This document shows, piece after piece, positions 20,149-31,600 of a stretch of DNA of 64,000 bases; position 1 is the first letter of the stretch, and the number at the start of each line of letters is the position of its first letter. The DNA comes from a virus: the IMG/VR virus record IMGVR_UViG_3300044910_000225, positions 3,698-67,697 of that record; one strand, given 5' to 3'. The notes under the pieces were generated by a model. It ran no database searches. It worked only from the letters and a program-made list of their open reading frames with translations, and was not told where the DNA came from. The position numbers and the translations under genes are program-made.

Positions 20149-21372
20149 ATGGCAACAAATATTTATGGGAATGGTACTACAACTGCAACTGCAGGTGCTA
20201 ATACTGTTGTACACTACTACGACAAGGCAGGGGTAAAAGCTGCTAATGAAATCAATGTATATGCACAATGGGCTGATCGTAAAGAAATGCCATTGAATAT
20301 GGGTAAGACATTTAAGATCAGTAAATGGTTACACATCTATGATCGTGAGTTGACTGATACTGATTTCAGTACTAAAGGTTATTTGACTGCAAGAGATATC
20401 GCTGATGTCACTGCTGGTTTGACTGCTACTGATGGTTCAGGTGCTAAGCTCACTGAAGGTGCTGGTGCAACTAACAAGCGTTCTATCAAAAAGATCACAA
20501 TGGAAACTGCATTCTCTCGTTATGGTGAGATGGTTGATTATACTGATGAAGTAACAATGTTCTCTGAAGATATCATCCAAGTACGTTACCGTGAAGAGCT
20601 AGGTCGTTTGGCTAATCGTCGTTCAGAGGATTTGGTACAATTGGATATGTTAGGTACTACTAACATCATGTATGCAGGAGTTGCTACAGGTATTTCTGGT
20701 ATTGGTACTGGTGTTGCTGCTAATGGTTCTGACGATGTTGACTTCAAAGTGTCATATGACTTGATCCGTAAAGCTGCTCGTAAGTTGGTACGTAACCGTG
20801 CTGAGAAGAATACAGAGATCGTAACTGGTTCTACTAAGATCGATACTCGTACTATCAACAAAGCGTTCTATGCTATCATCGGACCTGAAGTTAAGTATGA
20901 TCTTGAATCATTGGTACGTAACAGTGGTCAATATTCTGAAGAGATCGCATATGTTCCTGCATACAAATATGCTGGTGCTGCTAACCTCGCTGAAGGTGAA
21001 GTTGGTGCAATGCAAGATGTTCGTTTCATTGAATCAGAGTCTGCTGTTGTGTATGCTGGTCAAGGTGCAGTTCCTCCACAGAACTACGTAGGTACATTGT
21101 CTATCACTGGAGCTACTGACTTGACTTCTGCTACTGCAGGTGATCGTGGTAAGTTTGATGTATTCCCTATCTTGTTCCCTACTAAAGGTTCATTTGCAAC
21201 TGTAGGTCTCAAAGGGTACAACAAGATCAAGTTCAATGCAGAGTCTCCAGAGACTATCAGCTTGACCAATCCGTTTGGAACTAATGGTTTCTTCTCATAC
21301 TCAATGTGGTATGCAGGTATCATCCTCCAACCAGAGAAATTGTTGAAAGTATATGTTGCTGCTACAGCCTAA
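20149..21372 (+). CDS. Major capsid protein (N4 gp56 family)
   Basis: 407 aa, MPLNMGK and GEVGAMQDVRFI motifs, optimised codon usage. Confidence 0.92.
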   Translation: MATNIYGNGTTTATAGANTVVHYYDKAGVKAANEINVYAQWADRKEMPLNMGKTFKISKWLHIYDRELTDTDFSTKGYLTARDIADVTAGLTATDGSGAKLTEGAGATNKRSIKKITMETAFSRYGEMVDYTDEVTMFSEDIIQVRYREELGRLANRRSEDLVQLDMLGTTNIMYAGVATGISGIGTGVAANGSDDVDFKVSYDLIRKAARKLVRNRAEKNTEIVTGSTKIDTRTINKAFYAIIGPEVKYDLESLVRNSGQYSEEIAYVPAYKYAGAANLAEGEVGAMQDVRFIESESAVVYAGQGAVPPQNYVGTLSITGATDLTSATAGDRGKFDVFPILFPTKGSFATVGLKGYNKIKFNAESPETISLTNPFGTNGFFSYSMWYAGIILQPEKLLKVYVAATA

Positions 21373-21377
21373 TAACT

Positions 21378-21393
21378 GATCCCTTCGGGGATC
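21378..21393 (+). terminator. Hairpin GATCCC-TTCG-GGGATC after the MCP
   Basis: Perfect stem with UUCG loop; no U-tract. Confidence 0.55.
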
Positions 21394-21440
21394 TATGATA
21401 TAATGTCAACTAACACATAAACAACCCAAAGGGATTTATA

Positions 21441-21974
21441 ATGGATAAAACACTAGAAGAATTAAAAGCTGAAGCAGATGTACTTGGAGTAGAGTATAGT
21501 CCGAACATTGGTGCTAAGAAGTTAAGTGATAAAATTGAAGCCTACTATATGAATCAGGCAGCTGGTGATTCAGTTAAAGTACAAGCTGAAGTAAAAGAAG
21601 ATGAGCCTGCAGTAACTACGACTACTAGCTCTAAAGGTGAGACAGAAGCTCAACGAGTAATTCGTAAACGTAAAGAGGTAATGGATGCTAAGACTGCTGC
21701 ATTCAAGACAAGAGTAGTAACTGTATCAAATAATGATACAAGAGAAAACAGTGTAATCACTGCAGACTACTTCGGATTTGAGAATCAGCATTTTGGTAAG
21801 TCACTACTAGTACCCTTCAACGTACCAGTAGAACTGCCACAAGGTATCATTGAGATCATCAAGTCTACACCAATGACAATCCATACGGATGAGATCATAG
21901 GAGGTAAGCGTACTGGTAACAAGGTAGCTAAGCATGCTAAGAAATATAACATCTCATATGAAGATATGAAGTAA
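21441..21974 (+). CDS. N4 gp55-like protein
   Basis: LKAEADVLGVEYSPNIGAKKL N-terminal domain; synteny. Confidence 0.7.
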   Translation: MDKTLEELKAEADVLGVEYSPNIGAKKLSDKIEAYYMNQAAGDSVKVQAEVKEDEPAVTTTTSSKGETEAQRVIRKRKEVMDAKTAAFKTRVVTVSNNDTRENSVITADYFGFENQHFGKSLLVPFNVPVELPQGIIEIIKSTPMTIHTDEIIGGKRTGNKVAKHAKKYNISYEDMK

Positions 21975-21978
21975 CTAT

Positions 21979-22000
21979 AGTGCCCTCTACGGAGGGTACT
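21979..22000 (+). terminator. Hairpin AGTGCCCTC-TACG-GAGGGTACT
   Basis: GC stem with UACG loop in the intergenic gap. Confidence 0.5.
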
Positions 22001-22023
22001 GCTAGATACTACAAAGGAATAAC

Positions 22024-22797
22024 ATGGGAATACCTTCAGCTACAATCAATCTATCAAATAACATCCTCACTACTACTACAACATCAGTAGTAACCATATC
22101 ATTCAGTGAAGCTGTGACAGGATTTACAGTAGGAGATATAGCAGTATCCAATGCAACACTAGGCACACTGACAACTACAGACAATATCAACTTCACAGTG
22201 ACAATGACAGGTGCCAGTAACGTACTGGATAATAGCAATACTGTATCCATAGCAGATGCAGTGTGTACAAGTGTATCAACCAGTCAAGCCAATACAGCAG
22301 CAACAAGTACAAACTACACAGTCAATACAGTAGAAGTAGTAATAGATCCAAGTGTAGTAACTGATGGTACAGCGAGTGTAACAGGAGATGGTGTATTTGA
22401 TGTGTTCATGCAAGCAATAGCAGCACATCTCAAAGTAGAATATGATGCAAGACGTATCACATCAGATACATATCCTACAGTCTATCTAGGAGCACTACAG
22501 ACAGCACTGACACAAGCAGTGACATTCTCACTACAAAGACCACTGATAGAGAAACAAGCTAATAGTGAAGATGCTAAGAAAGCACTCATAGAGAGACAGA
22601 CAAAAGGATTTGATGATGATGCTAAACAGAAGCTATTGAAGCAAGCTCTAGATTCATGGTCAGTAGCATACTCAGTGGCTCAAGATGCAAACTCAATCCC
22701 TGATGCTATCAAGGTCAATCCGATAGATAGTATCATGAAGAATGCAATGGACAGTCTAGCTATCGTCAAAGGTAATAACCCTCTAGGAGAAATCTAA
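22024..22797 (+). CDS. N4 gp54-like virion protein with N-terminal Ig-like domain
   Basis: FSEAVTGFTVGDIAVSN Ig-like motif, then GDGVFDVFM gp54-like core. Confidence 0.7.
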   Translation: MGIPSATINLSNNILTTTTTSVVTISFSEAVTGFTVGDIAVSNATLGTLTTTDNINFTVTMTGASNVLDNSNTVSIADAVCTSVSTSQANTAATSTNYTVNTVEVVIDPSVVTDGTASVTGDGVFDVFMQAIAAHLKVEYDARRITSDTYPTVYLGALQTALTQAVTFSLQRPLIEKQANSEDAKKALIERQTKGFDDDAKQKLLKQALDSWSVAYSVAQDANSIPDAIKVNPIDSIMKNAMDSLAIVKGNNPLGEI

Positions 22798-23048
22798 TGG
22801 AAGTACTAGAGTTTCTAAATAAGAAGATAAGAGAAGAACATGGTAACAAAGTCACAATAGAGTCAAAGTGGACTGATGCAGGTATAGACAGTTTTGGATC
22901 TACAATGGTACTGTGTGACATGGATGCAGAATATGGATGCTTTGATAAAGAATGGTTCAATACTACAGACTTCTATACGTTGACCATACAAGATATAGTC
23001 GAAAGGGTTATCAATGAAAGTCCTAAGCTACAAGTACCTACTGCCTAA
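22797..23048 (+). CDS. Acyl carrier protein
   Basis: 83 aa, acidic, with a GIDSFG phosphopantetheine-site motif and a TIQDIV final helix. Confidence 0.8.
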   Translation: MEVLEFLNKKIREEHGNKVTIESKWTDAGIDSFGSTMVLCDMDAEYGCFDKEWFNTTDFYTLTIQDIVERVINESPKLQVPTA

Positions 23049-23847
23049 TACTGAAGGTATCATAGAAGAACTGGATAGAGATGGATATATGACTACACAG
23101 TATATCAGACTGGTAGAAGACTATATCAATACTATAGAACTAAAAGGTAAAGTAGCATTCCTGTATGCAGGTGGTGTAACAGCTACTGTCAGTGAATGTA
23201 GAAATGCTGTGAATACTGATAAGTACAGAGAGAAGCTAAAGCCAAGTGGTATGGGAATACGAGATCTAGCAGCATACAGTATGCATAAGTGGGTAGGTAT
23301 GATGAATGGGAAAGAGAACATATGCTATGCTAATATAAATGGTAATACATGTGCAAGTAGTATGTACTGTATATACGAGGCTCAGGAGCTACTGAAGAAT
23401 GGATATGATGAAGTTATCATAGTAGCAGAAGAAAAGACCTCACACAGTACTCTACGTGTGTTTGATGAGCTACGTATAGATATCAAGATAGGAGAAGCTC
23501 TAGCAATCATACATCTCGGTAAAGGTACTGGTATAAGCAACTGCAAAGTATGGTATGAGTACAACAGCAATCCATTCGGAGTAACACCAACAGGATACTG
23601 TAAAGTGGTGTCAGATAGTGACTATATCAATCCTCATGGCACAGGTACAGCTATCAATGAATGTGCTGAGTCTGAAGTATATGGGGATACTCCACAACTA
23701 CGATACAAAGAGACTATAGGGCATACACAAGGTGTCAGTGGTCTAGTAGAAGTATGTATGGTACTTGATGAAGATGTGAGTGGTAAAGTACTGTGTGTCT
23801 CAAGTGGTCTCGGAGGGTTCTATGCCTCATGCATCGTACACAAGTAA
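23014..23847 (+). CDS. Minimal beta-ketoacyl-ACP synthase (FabB/FabF-like)
   Basis: Cys-His-His triad motifs NTCASS, INPHGTGT, KETIGHTQG; C-terminal SSGLGG. Confidence 0.9.
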   Translation: MKVLSYKYLLPNTEGIIEELDRDGYMTTQYIRLVEDYINTIELKGKVAFLYAGGVTATVSECRNAVNTDKYREKLKPSGMGIRDLAAYSMHKWVGMMNGKENICYANINGNTCASSMYCIYEAQELLKNGYDEVIIVAEEKTSHSTLRVFDELRIDIKIGEALAIIHLGKGTGISNCKVWYEYNSNPFGVTPTGYCKVVSDSDYINPHGTGTAINECAESEVYGDTPQLRYKETIGHTQGVSGLVEVCMVLDEDVSGKVLCVSSGLGGFYASCIVHK

Positions 23848-24310
23848 TGGTGATCTCTACTGTGTAGAGAAAGTCACAGACCACTCAGAAGTAGCAACAG
23901 ATGTATTGATGATACTGGCAGATGCTGAGATAGAGAATGTAGATGAATATAGTGCTAGAATGCATGAAGCAATAGACCAAGGACTAGCATACCATATAAA
24001 GAAGAACGGTGCAACAGTAGGAATCATGTACAACAGAGTCCATGAGGGTAAATATGAAGGATCCTGCATATACTGCAAGAATGATACAGTAGGTATGATG
24101 ATACTACTAAAGACAATGTTTGAAATTAATGATGCACATAAGATATACGTAATGCCTTACAAAGGCAGTATTAAATACTTCCTATCACTAGCAACAGAAG
24201 CAAGCATAAAAGCATATCATGTTAAAGAAGCACCACTAGTAATAGTGAAGAATACAATAGTACCAAAAGGTACAAGAGCTTTCAGATACCTAGAGATAGA
24301 GGAACTATAA
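23822..24310 (+). CDS. Putative GNAT-like acyltransferase
   Basis: GGAGG RBS before ATG 23822; about 160 aa with helix-helix then AYHIKKNGATVGIMY beta-hairpin pattern. Fold inferred by eye only. Confidence 0.45.
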   Translation: MPHASYTSNGDLYCVEKVTDHSEVATDVLMILADAEIENVDEYSARMHEAIDQGLAYHIKKNGATVGIMYNRVHEGKYEGSCIYCKNDTVGMMILLKTMFEINDAHKIYVMPYKGSIKYFLSLATEASIKAYHVKEAPLVIVKNTIVPKGTRAFRYLEIEEL

Positions 24311-26664
24311 TGGGAGCAGTAGTAGATGTAGTGGAAGATACACTAGAAGACTTCGTAGCTATAACAACAATCATACTCATCAACATGTTTCCAGGTGAGG
24401 CACTGATACTAGCATACCTGTGTGATGAGTGTGAATCATTCATGAGTGATCAGATAGGTATAACACTAGGATGGTTAGGCATAGAAGAAGAAGATGTCAT
24501 AACAGTACAGATGCAAGATCAGCTACTGATACAAGACCAGGACTTCTACAAGAACCTCATGACACAAGTAGCAATAGAACACCAAAGAACTCAGAAGGGA
24601 ATCATAGACCTACTAGCTGTAAAGTCACAAGGTGTAAGAGGATCAATGAATAAATACTCAAGTTATGGTAAGAGTACATTCCTAGATGGTGAACCTACTA
24701 CGACTGTCAATACTGTAAACATAGATGAGAGTGTGGTAGAGTTAGCAATAGAGACTGATACTGGCGAGAACATAACTGTGACATCACTATCAATGAGAGT
24801 ACCAACAGAGACAGAATGGGTAGGATACAATCTGACATTCACACATGACTATAATCCTACCACAGGAATACTGATATATACTGGTGTGAGATACATGGTA
24901 TTCTCAAGTACATATAACTATGGTACAGGTAAGTATGATGTGGAGATAGGCAGAGAATGCATACAGACAGTGACAACAACTGTGACAGTAACAAACATAG
25001 ACGCTACAACAGATAATGTGCATACAGTAGTAGAAACAATAGTTACAGCATATGAGGGTATAATCAGCACAACAACAAATACAACTGATGTTGTAGTACC
25101 AATCGGGACAGTCTCAAACAGTACAAATGTAGTAACTACAAACATAGTGGTGGGAACAACACTGTTATATGTAGATGACTTCTTACCAAATCTAGCATAT
25201 GTAGCACACTACACAATCGTAGGAAGCAGTGATGAGTACTACTGGATATACTTCGTAGGATCAGGAAATGCAGCTCTAGACAATGCAAGAAACTACCTCA
25301 CTGACCTTGATATGCTACCAATAGTAGAACTACGAAGTAATGCTACATCAATCACAGCAGACAAAGAAAGTACTAGGTACAAGCAATCAAAAGAGATACT
25401 AGGATTCATAGGCATAGATGTAGATACAATGTGTGAAAGCATAGACAGCAATCCAAATGTGGATGGTATAGCAGCAGCATATGTGTACTTCGGAGCAGAA
25501 CTAGGAAGCAATGACCCAATCCAAGCAGAACTGATATATGCAACAATGGAGTATATCTATGATGATCCAACTCTAGTAACAGATGGTGTGCATACCATAC
25601 GAGTACAAGAAGGAAACTACAACTCATCAATATCATGGGATGAACAAGAACGTCTAACAGTATCAAGAACTGGAGTACCAGTAGGAACGTATGAAGGTGG
25701 TATAGGGGATATAGCAATAGTAGAGGATGTGCCAGATGAGGAAGGTAATGTAATAGATACAGAGACTAAGTATAGATACTATGCATGGGTACGAAAGCAA
25801 GTGACTAGCTCATACTATGTAGAATACAGAGTATATAATGTGTCAGCAATAACACTGATCACCAAAGGTGCAATGTATGATACAGTATTCAAAGTACTAT
25901 CTCCTGACAATACGATAGTAATACCACTGAGCATATACTTCCTGAACAAGCTGACACCAATAGAGCAGGGAGTAGTATTCCCACAGATACTGAGAATGGT
26001 AACATACGCTGCTGATATACAGCATCTAGACTACTACCAGACGGAAGCATTCTTCAACCTGATACAAGTTGTAGTAGTAATTGTAGCAATAGTAATATTC
26101 ATATTTACATGGTACACAGGTGGAGCAACATCAGCAGCATTCATGACAGCAGTAGAGGGTCTACTGATAGGAATGGCAATAGGCTATGCACTACAGATGC
26201 TACTGGCTGCAGTAGACAATCCCTACCTAAAAGCACTGATAGTAGTAGTAGCTGTGATAGTAGCAGTATACACAAACCAATTCAATGGGGATATGCTAAA
26301 AACCGTAGTGTTCTCAGCAGATCTACTACTGACTGCAGTAACACAATATGCAGACTCAATACTAGAAGGAGGATTCTCAGCACTAGCAATGGAATCACAG
26401 AACTTCTTGGAGAAAGCAAAGGAAGCAGAAGATAAACTGAATGAGTATACTGATATGATAGCAAGTGTACTCAGTACAGAGGAAGTACAAAGATTATCTA
26501 GAATGCAAGAAGCTAAAGCATACATAGAAGGATTTGAGCTACAACGATATAGAGCAAGCGTAGACTTCATGTGCAACTGGGATCTAGTAAAGTCAATGAA
26601 GATGAATACAAACATATATGACTATGATCAACACTATAAAGTGAATGTACTAAGCATAGGCTAG
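24310..26664 (+). CDS. N4 gp53-like virion protein with C-terminal membrane segments
   Basis: 784 aa; YYQTEAF followed by long hydrophobic helices; synteny. Confidence 0.75.
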   Translation: MGAVVDVVEDTLEDFVAITTIILINMFPGEALILAYLCDECESFMSDQIGITLGWLGIEEEDVITVQMQDQLLIQDQDFYKNLMTQVAIEHQRTQKGIIDLLAVKSQGVRGSMNKYSSYGKSTFLDGEPTTTVNTVNIDESVVELAIETDTGENITVTSLSMRVPTETEWVGYNLTFTHDYNPTTGILIYTGVRYMVFSSTYNYGTGKYDVEIGRECIQTVTTTVTVTNIDATTDNVHTVVETIVTAYEGIISTTTNTTDVVVPIGTVSNSTNVVTTNIVVGTTLLYVDDFLPNLAYVAHYTIVGSSDEYYWIYFVGSGNAALDNARNYLTDLDMLPIVELRSNATSITADKESTRYKQSKEILGFIGIDVDTMCESIDSNPNVDGIAAAYVYFGAELGSNDPIQAELIYATMEYIYDDPTLVTDGVHTIRVQEGNYNSSISWDEQERLTVSRTGVPVGTYEGGIGDIAIVEDVPDEEGNVIDTETKYRYYAWVRKQVTSSYYVEYRVYNVSAITLITKGAMYDTVFKVLSPDNTIVIPLSIYFLNKLTPIEQGVVFPQILRMVTYAADIQHLDYYQTEAFFNLIQVVVVIVAIVIFIFTWYTGGATSAAFMTAVEGLLIGMAIGYALQMLLAAVDNPYLKALIVVVAVIVAVYTNQFNGDMLKTVVFSADLLLTAVTQYADSILEGGFSALAMESQNFLEKAKEAEDKLNEYTDMIASVLSTEEVQRLSRMQEAKAYIEGFELQRYRASVDFMCNWDLVKSMKMNTNIYDYDQHYKVNVLSIG

Positions 26665-26735
26665 ATAGTATGATATAATATCGAAAAGCTAAATAGCTAA
26701 TAGCTTTAATGTAAATATAAAGTGAGGATATAATT

Positions 26736-27440
26736 ATGGCAGGACTAGCAGGAATGACTCCTATCCAACGGATAAAAGCAATACAAGGTAACAATGCATT
26801 AGCACTAGAACTTCCTGGTAATATGAGAACTGCTAGCCAGCCTAGAGCTAGTAACCTAGTATCAGGTGAGTATGGTCTGAATACCACAGTACCAACAGTG
26901 GCTAATACTCAAACTAATGGACTAGCAACAGCACCACAAGGTGCAACAGGATGGCAAGCAACTGCTAATAAGTATCTAGGTACTGGTTTTGGTAATAAGA
27001 GAGGATTAGAAGGTAATAACTACATGTTTACTAATACAGATGGCACACAAGGCAGTCTAGCTATTGACCCTCAATATCTGCAAGGAGCTGAAGGAGCTGC
27101 TGTGTATGATGCTATCAACAATCCAACACAAGGTTCTGAAGGTTCAGGAGCTGGTGGCATGGGAGACTACATGGGTCTAGCTAATCTAGGTGTAAATGCA
27201 TTCAATGCCTACAACAACTACACACTAGGCAGAGAGAACCTAAAGATGGCAAGAGATAAGTTCGGATTTGAGAAAGCAGCTACCACTGCAAACTATGCTA
27301 ACCAAGCTAAGCTGGCTAATAATCAGATACAGAATGCAGGTGAAGTAGGTATGGGTCTAGCAGGTAATACAATGGATGCTACAGCTAGAGCTGCAAGACA
27401 AGCACAGATGGATGCATCTAAAGTACGAGAGACAATATAA
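26736..27440 (+). CDS. Ejection/internal virion protein (N4 gp52 position)
   Basis: Gly/Ala/Asn-rich, Cys-free, upstream of the vRNAP. Confidence 0.65.
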   Translation: MAGLAGMTPIQRIKAIQGNNALALELPGNMRTASQPRASNLVSGEYGLNTTVPTVANTQTNGLATAPQGATGWQATANKYLGTGFGNKRGLEGNNYMFTNTDGTQGSLAIDPQYLQGAEGAAVYDAINNPTQGSEGSGAGGMGDYMGLANLGVNAFNAYNNYTLGRENLKMARDKFGFEKAATTANYANQAKLANNQIQNAGEVGMGLAGNTMDATARAARQAQMDASKVRETI

Positions 27441-27449
27441 AGGATCATC

Positions 27450-28631
27450 ATGCCGATACCAACACAATGGAATAATATAATGCCTAACTTCAGTGGTAGT
27501 GCTCAAAGCATGAATACTGCTACTGAGAACTTCAACCAAGTAGGTAATGTAGCAAATCAATACATGCAAGGGTTAAAACAGGAACAAGAGCGTAAGGATA
27601 AACTAGCTAGAGAAGCAAAGCAAGATGCTCAATGGGATAAGCAATTCTCTCTACAAGAGATGGCAAATACAAGAGCAGGTCTACAGGCTGATAGAGAAGC
27701 ACAAAAGTATGTGCAAGAATTAGCTACAGATGAAGCTCAAGCAAAAGCAAGTGAGTACCTCAACGCAGCGAGATCAAATGTGGTGACACCCCAACAAGCA
27801 GATCAAATCCTAGCAGCATATAATAAGAACCCTAAAGCAGATGTTTTAGGGCTACAAGCAAAAGCTGTTAAACAGTACGAAGCATCTCCAACTATGCAGA
27901 AGAACTTCATTGGAAATGTAAGTATAGATCAAGGACCAATGGAAAAAACCATACAAACTATAGATCCTACTACAGGTGAAGTTGTAGATAAAATTCTACA
28001 AGCTGCTCCAGATATGAAAGAAGCTCAGGCTAGAAAGGATATGATACTCTCTGACTTAGATAAGAAGATCCAACAAGACTCACTAATGGCATGGGATAAA
28101 GAGAAGTTTGGTACAGAAGTTGGGTTTAAAAAGCAAGAACTAGGGTTAAGAAGGAAAGCACTAGAAGTTGATAAAGCCCCTAAGTTTCAGCCATATACAG
28201 TAACTGTAGGTTATGACAGTAAAGGTCAATATACAAATGATCCTTCTAAAATTGCATATAAATCACAAGTCAATATAAATAGTCCTAGAATGGAAGCTGC
28301 TGTATCAGGTAAATACGGTACTGATGCACTACAACTTGGGACTCTCAGTGACTTCATACCTAATAGGGATAGAACAAGTAAGACTCAAAAGAGTGTGTAC
28401 AGTGGAGGTATGCTAAAAACTATGCAGGATAGATGGGGAGGATACGATGCATCTAAAATACTCAGTATGGCAGAAGTTGTTCTAAAAGCAAACCCTAATA
28501 TAAGTCCAGATGCAGCAATTGGTGTTGTAGAGGATGTGGCTTCTAAAGGGGTTACTGATGCTGTATATGTCAAAGATGTAAATGATAGACTATTAGATCT
28601 TGGATATACAGGTACTATACTGAAAAAATAA
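27450..28631 (+). CDS. Ejection/internal virion protein (N4 gp51 position)
   Basis: Helical, Gln/Ala-rich, Cys-free. Confidence 0.65.
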   Translation: MPIPTQWNNIMPNFSGSAQSMNTATENFNQVGNVANQYMQGLKQEQERKDKLAREAKQDAQWDKQFSLQEMANTRAGLQADREAQKYVQELATDEAQAKASEYLNAARSNVVTPQQADQILAAYNKNPKADVLGLQAKAVKQYEASPTMQKNFIGNVSIDQGPMEKTIQTIDPTTGEVVDKILQAAPDMKEAQARKDMILSDLDKKIQQDSLMAWDKEKFGTEVGFKKQELGLRRKALEVDKAPKFQPYTVTVGYDSKGQYTNDPSKIAYKSQVNINSPRMEAAVSGKYGTDALQLGTLSDFIPNRDRTSKTQKSVYSGGMLKTMQDRWGGYDASKILSMAEVVLKANPNISPDAAIGVVEDVASKGVTDAVYVKDVNDRLLDLGYTGTILKK

Positions 28632-28681
28632 ACAACTACCATATGCTATAATGCTATAATCAATACACAAAGGTATAGCAT

Positions 28682-31600
28682 ATGGGACTCCTAGAAGACT
28701 TCACCAATACAAACAATTCCTCATCCAAAGCACAAAACCTACTACAAAGAAAAGATACAAAACTGTTAGAGATGATGGGTGCACCAAAAGTACCATTAGA
28801 GCAACAGCTAAGACAGTTGGACACTCAGAGAGATATTGCATTAGAAAATGCACAAGGAGATGAGCTTAAAATAAATAGAATACTCAGTGAACATACAAAT
28901 GCAACTGGAGATGCTATATCAAGTACCTCTCCTACTCCCTATCAAAATACCTCATACTCTTCTCCTTCAATAGCAGAACTCCGTAAGCGTAATGAAGAAT
29001 TGAATGGTGGAGGTGATCTACTGAATCTCCCTAAAGCTGCTGGAAGTGGTGCACTTAACCTATTCTCTAAAGGTGCTCAGCTAATAGGAAAAGGTGGTGA
29101 AGTTCTAGGTGATAGCATATCCGCAGTAGGAGACATGCAAGAGAACTTTGATGCAAAACATACAGTTCCTGGTAGTGGTATGGACACTCTCGGTAAACTC
29201 TTTACTAAAGGTACAAGAGCTGTTGGAGACTTCATTTCAAATGAAGCTATACAACTGCAGCAAGAACAGGCACAGTCTAGAAAGTCTGGACTATTTGATA
29301 AAGTAGTAGGGTATAATCCAGAAACAGTACGTAAAATGGGGAGTCAGTTCGCTGATGATGTTCAAAAAGGTGAGTACTTCACTGCTGTAAGAAATGTACT
29401 ATCAAATCCTGAAGGTATGGCTACTGCTTTTGTACAGAGTGCACCAGAAATGGCTGCTATGTGGACACCTATAGGATTTGCTGCTACAGCTACTTCTAAC
29501 GCTAATGCAGCTGTATATGATTTAGAGCAGAGTGCTCAAGCACAAGGCAGAGAAGCTACTGTAGCCGAAAAAGGAATAGCAACTGGAATATCTGTAGTAT
29601 CCACATATTTGGATAGACTTGGAGATAAAGTATCTATGGGTGCTGTTAAAATATCAGAACCTGCTAAAGATACTCTAATAAAAACAATCAATGCTATGAC
29701 CCCTGATGTAAAGAATGCGGTACTCAAACAGTTTGGAGGCACTCTTGCTACTATAGGGTTAAAAGGAGGAGAATTTCTTGGTAAGGCTGGAGTAGAAGGT
29801 GCTACTGAATATGCTCAAACTATAGGAGAAGGTAAAGCTTCTGATGTCAATAAATTGAATACTGAGCTGTCTGATGTAGAACATCGTCAAGGGTTAGAAG
29901 CTATGGGGATAGGATTTGGAGCTGGGGGTGTACCTGCTGCTGCAACAACTATACCAGGTGTGGTATCAAGTGTATCCGATCTCACCAATAAAGGATTAGA
30001 TTCTATAGCCAAAGACTATCGTACTGGTAAAGTAGCAGATATAAATGCTGCTAAAGCTGAAAGAGAAGCATTCACTGCTGATATAGACTCAAGACGAGTA
30101 CCTATCACTGAAGACATGAGTGAAAGAGATGTGAAACTAGCAGAAGGTATCAATGATCATATAGACAAGATTCAAGAGCTAGATCCAAAGACTGAAGCAT
30201 ATAGTGATACTGTGTCTAAAATGATAGAAGACACTAATAGATGGAAAGCTAAAATGGATACTGCAGTGACTCCTACTACAACTACAGAAGTAGAGTCTAC
30301 TACTGCTGAGGAAACTATACCTACAGTACAAGAGTCTAAAGTACAAGTAGAAGAAGATACTCAACTGGATGAGGTGCAGCAAGAGAGACTGCATAAAGCT
30401 GGTATGTCAAAGATCACTACGCTCAATGATAGAACATCCAAAGTAAAGGTATCTCCAATAGAAGGTACAAGAGTATCAGAGACTTCAAAGAAGAAGGGTA
30501 AGCTATTTGATCCTATGAGTACTACTGATGAGAAGATCAATGAAGTGGTAGCAGAAGGATATGATAAAGACAATAAAGATACTACATTCATGAAACGTAT
30601 AGCAAAGAAGCTAGGATACGGTAAGCAAGAACATACACAGATACAGAACCTAGCAAAAGAGATAGAAGGTAAACTGGATGTAGCACAAGAAGCTATGTCT
30701 AATATTCTACCAGATGGTGAGACAGCTACTGTGGCTAATGTACTAAGAGCTGTAGCAATAGGTATGAGCAACATAAGAAGTGGTCAGACTGCAGAGTATG
30801 ATATCAGTAACAAGTATGGTATGGAACATAAGACAAGTGGTGCAAGAAAGCTACAGCTGGTGAACCAGATAGGACAAGCATACACTAATGCATTCGGATT
30901 CAAGCTAACAGGTACAGCAGAAGATGTAGCTAAAGCGTATGCTGAGAGAGGTCAACATATCATACAGCTGATGCAAGATCTAGGTATGGTAACAGAGACT
31001 GAAGAGAATCTTCCAGTGCACAATATTGTAGAGAGTGATCCTATGAATCCTGCTATGAGGTATGCTGATAAGAAGAAGCGTACAGCTATGATGAAAGTAT
31101 TGACACTAACATCAAATGAGAGTACTGGCAGTAGAAAGAATAAGAATAGATTGGTAGATGCAGTGAGTACATTCAGTAAGCTGTTCACTCCTCCTAATGT
31201 GGAAATACCTGCTACAGAAGGGCAGACTGCTGTAGTAATGTCAAAAGGTGCTGAAGATGTAAAGATCTCAAAAGAACACCAAGACATCATAAAACAGTAC
31301 AGTGAGCTGAAATACAAGATCAAACCAGAAGCAATGAGTATACTGAAAGATCTCAAGAAGCTATATGATAAGCATGATCAGGATATTGACAAACTCATAG
31401 CAGAAGAAAAGGATGTAGTAGAAGCACTGCAACTGGTAGATGGAAACTCAGCATTGACTAAGATGAGTGAAGTAGGACGAAAGATAAATCGTACTGGAAA
31501 CCTAGCAGCTGTACTTGAAAGTCTGGATGAGATAGAAGCTATGATGTCAGAAGAAGGTGGATTCAACTACCACTATGAAAGTGCTATCAATGAACGTATA

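Noticed and set aside
22797-23847. Host fatty-acid operon contamination or misassembly
   Set aside because: The genes overlap phage structural genes, share their codon style and are much shorter than cellular fabF.
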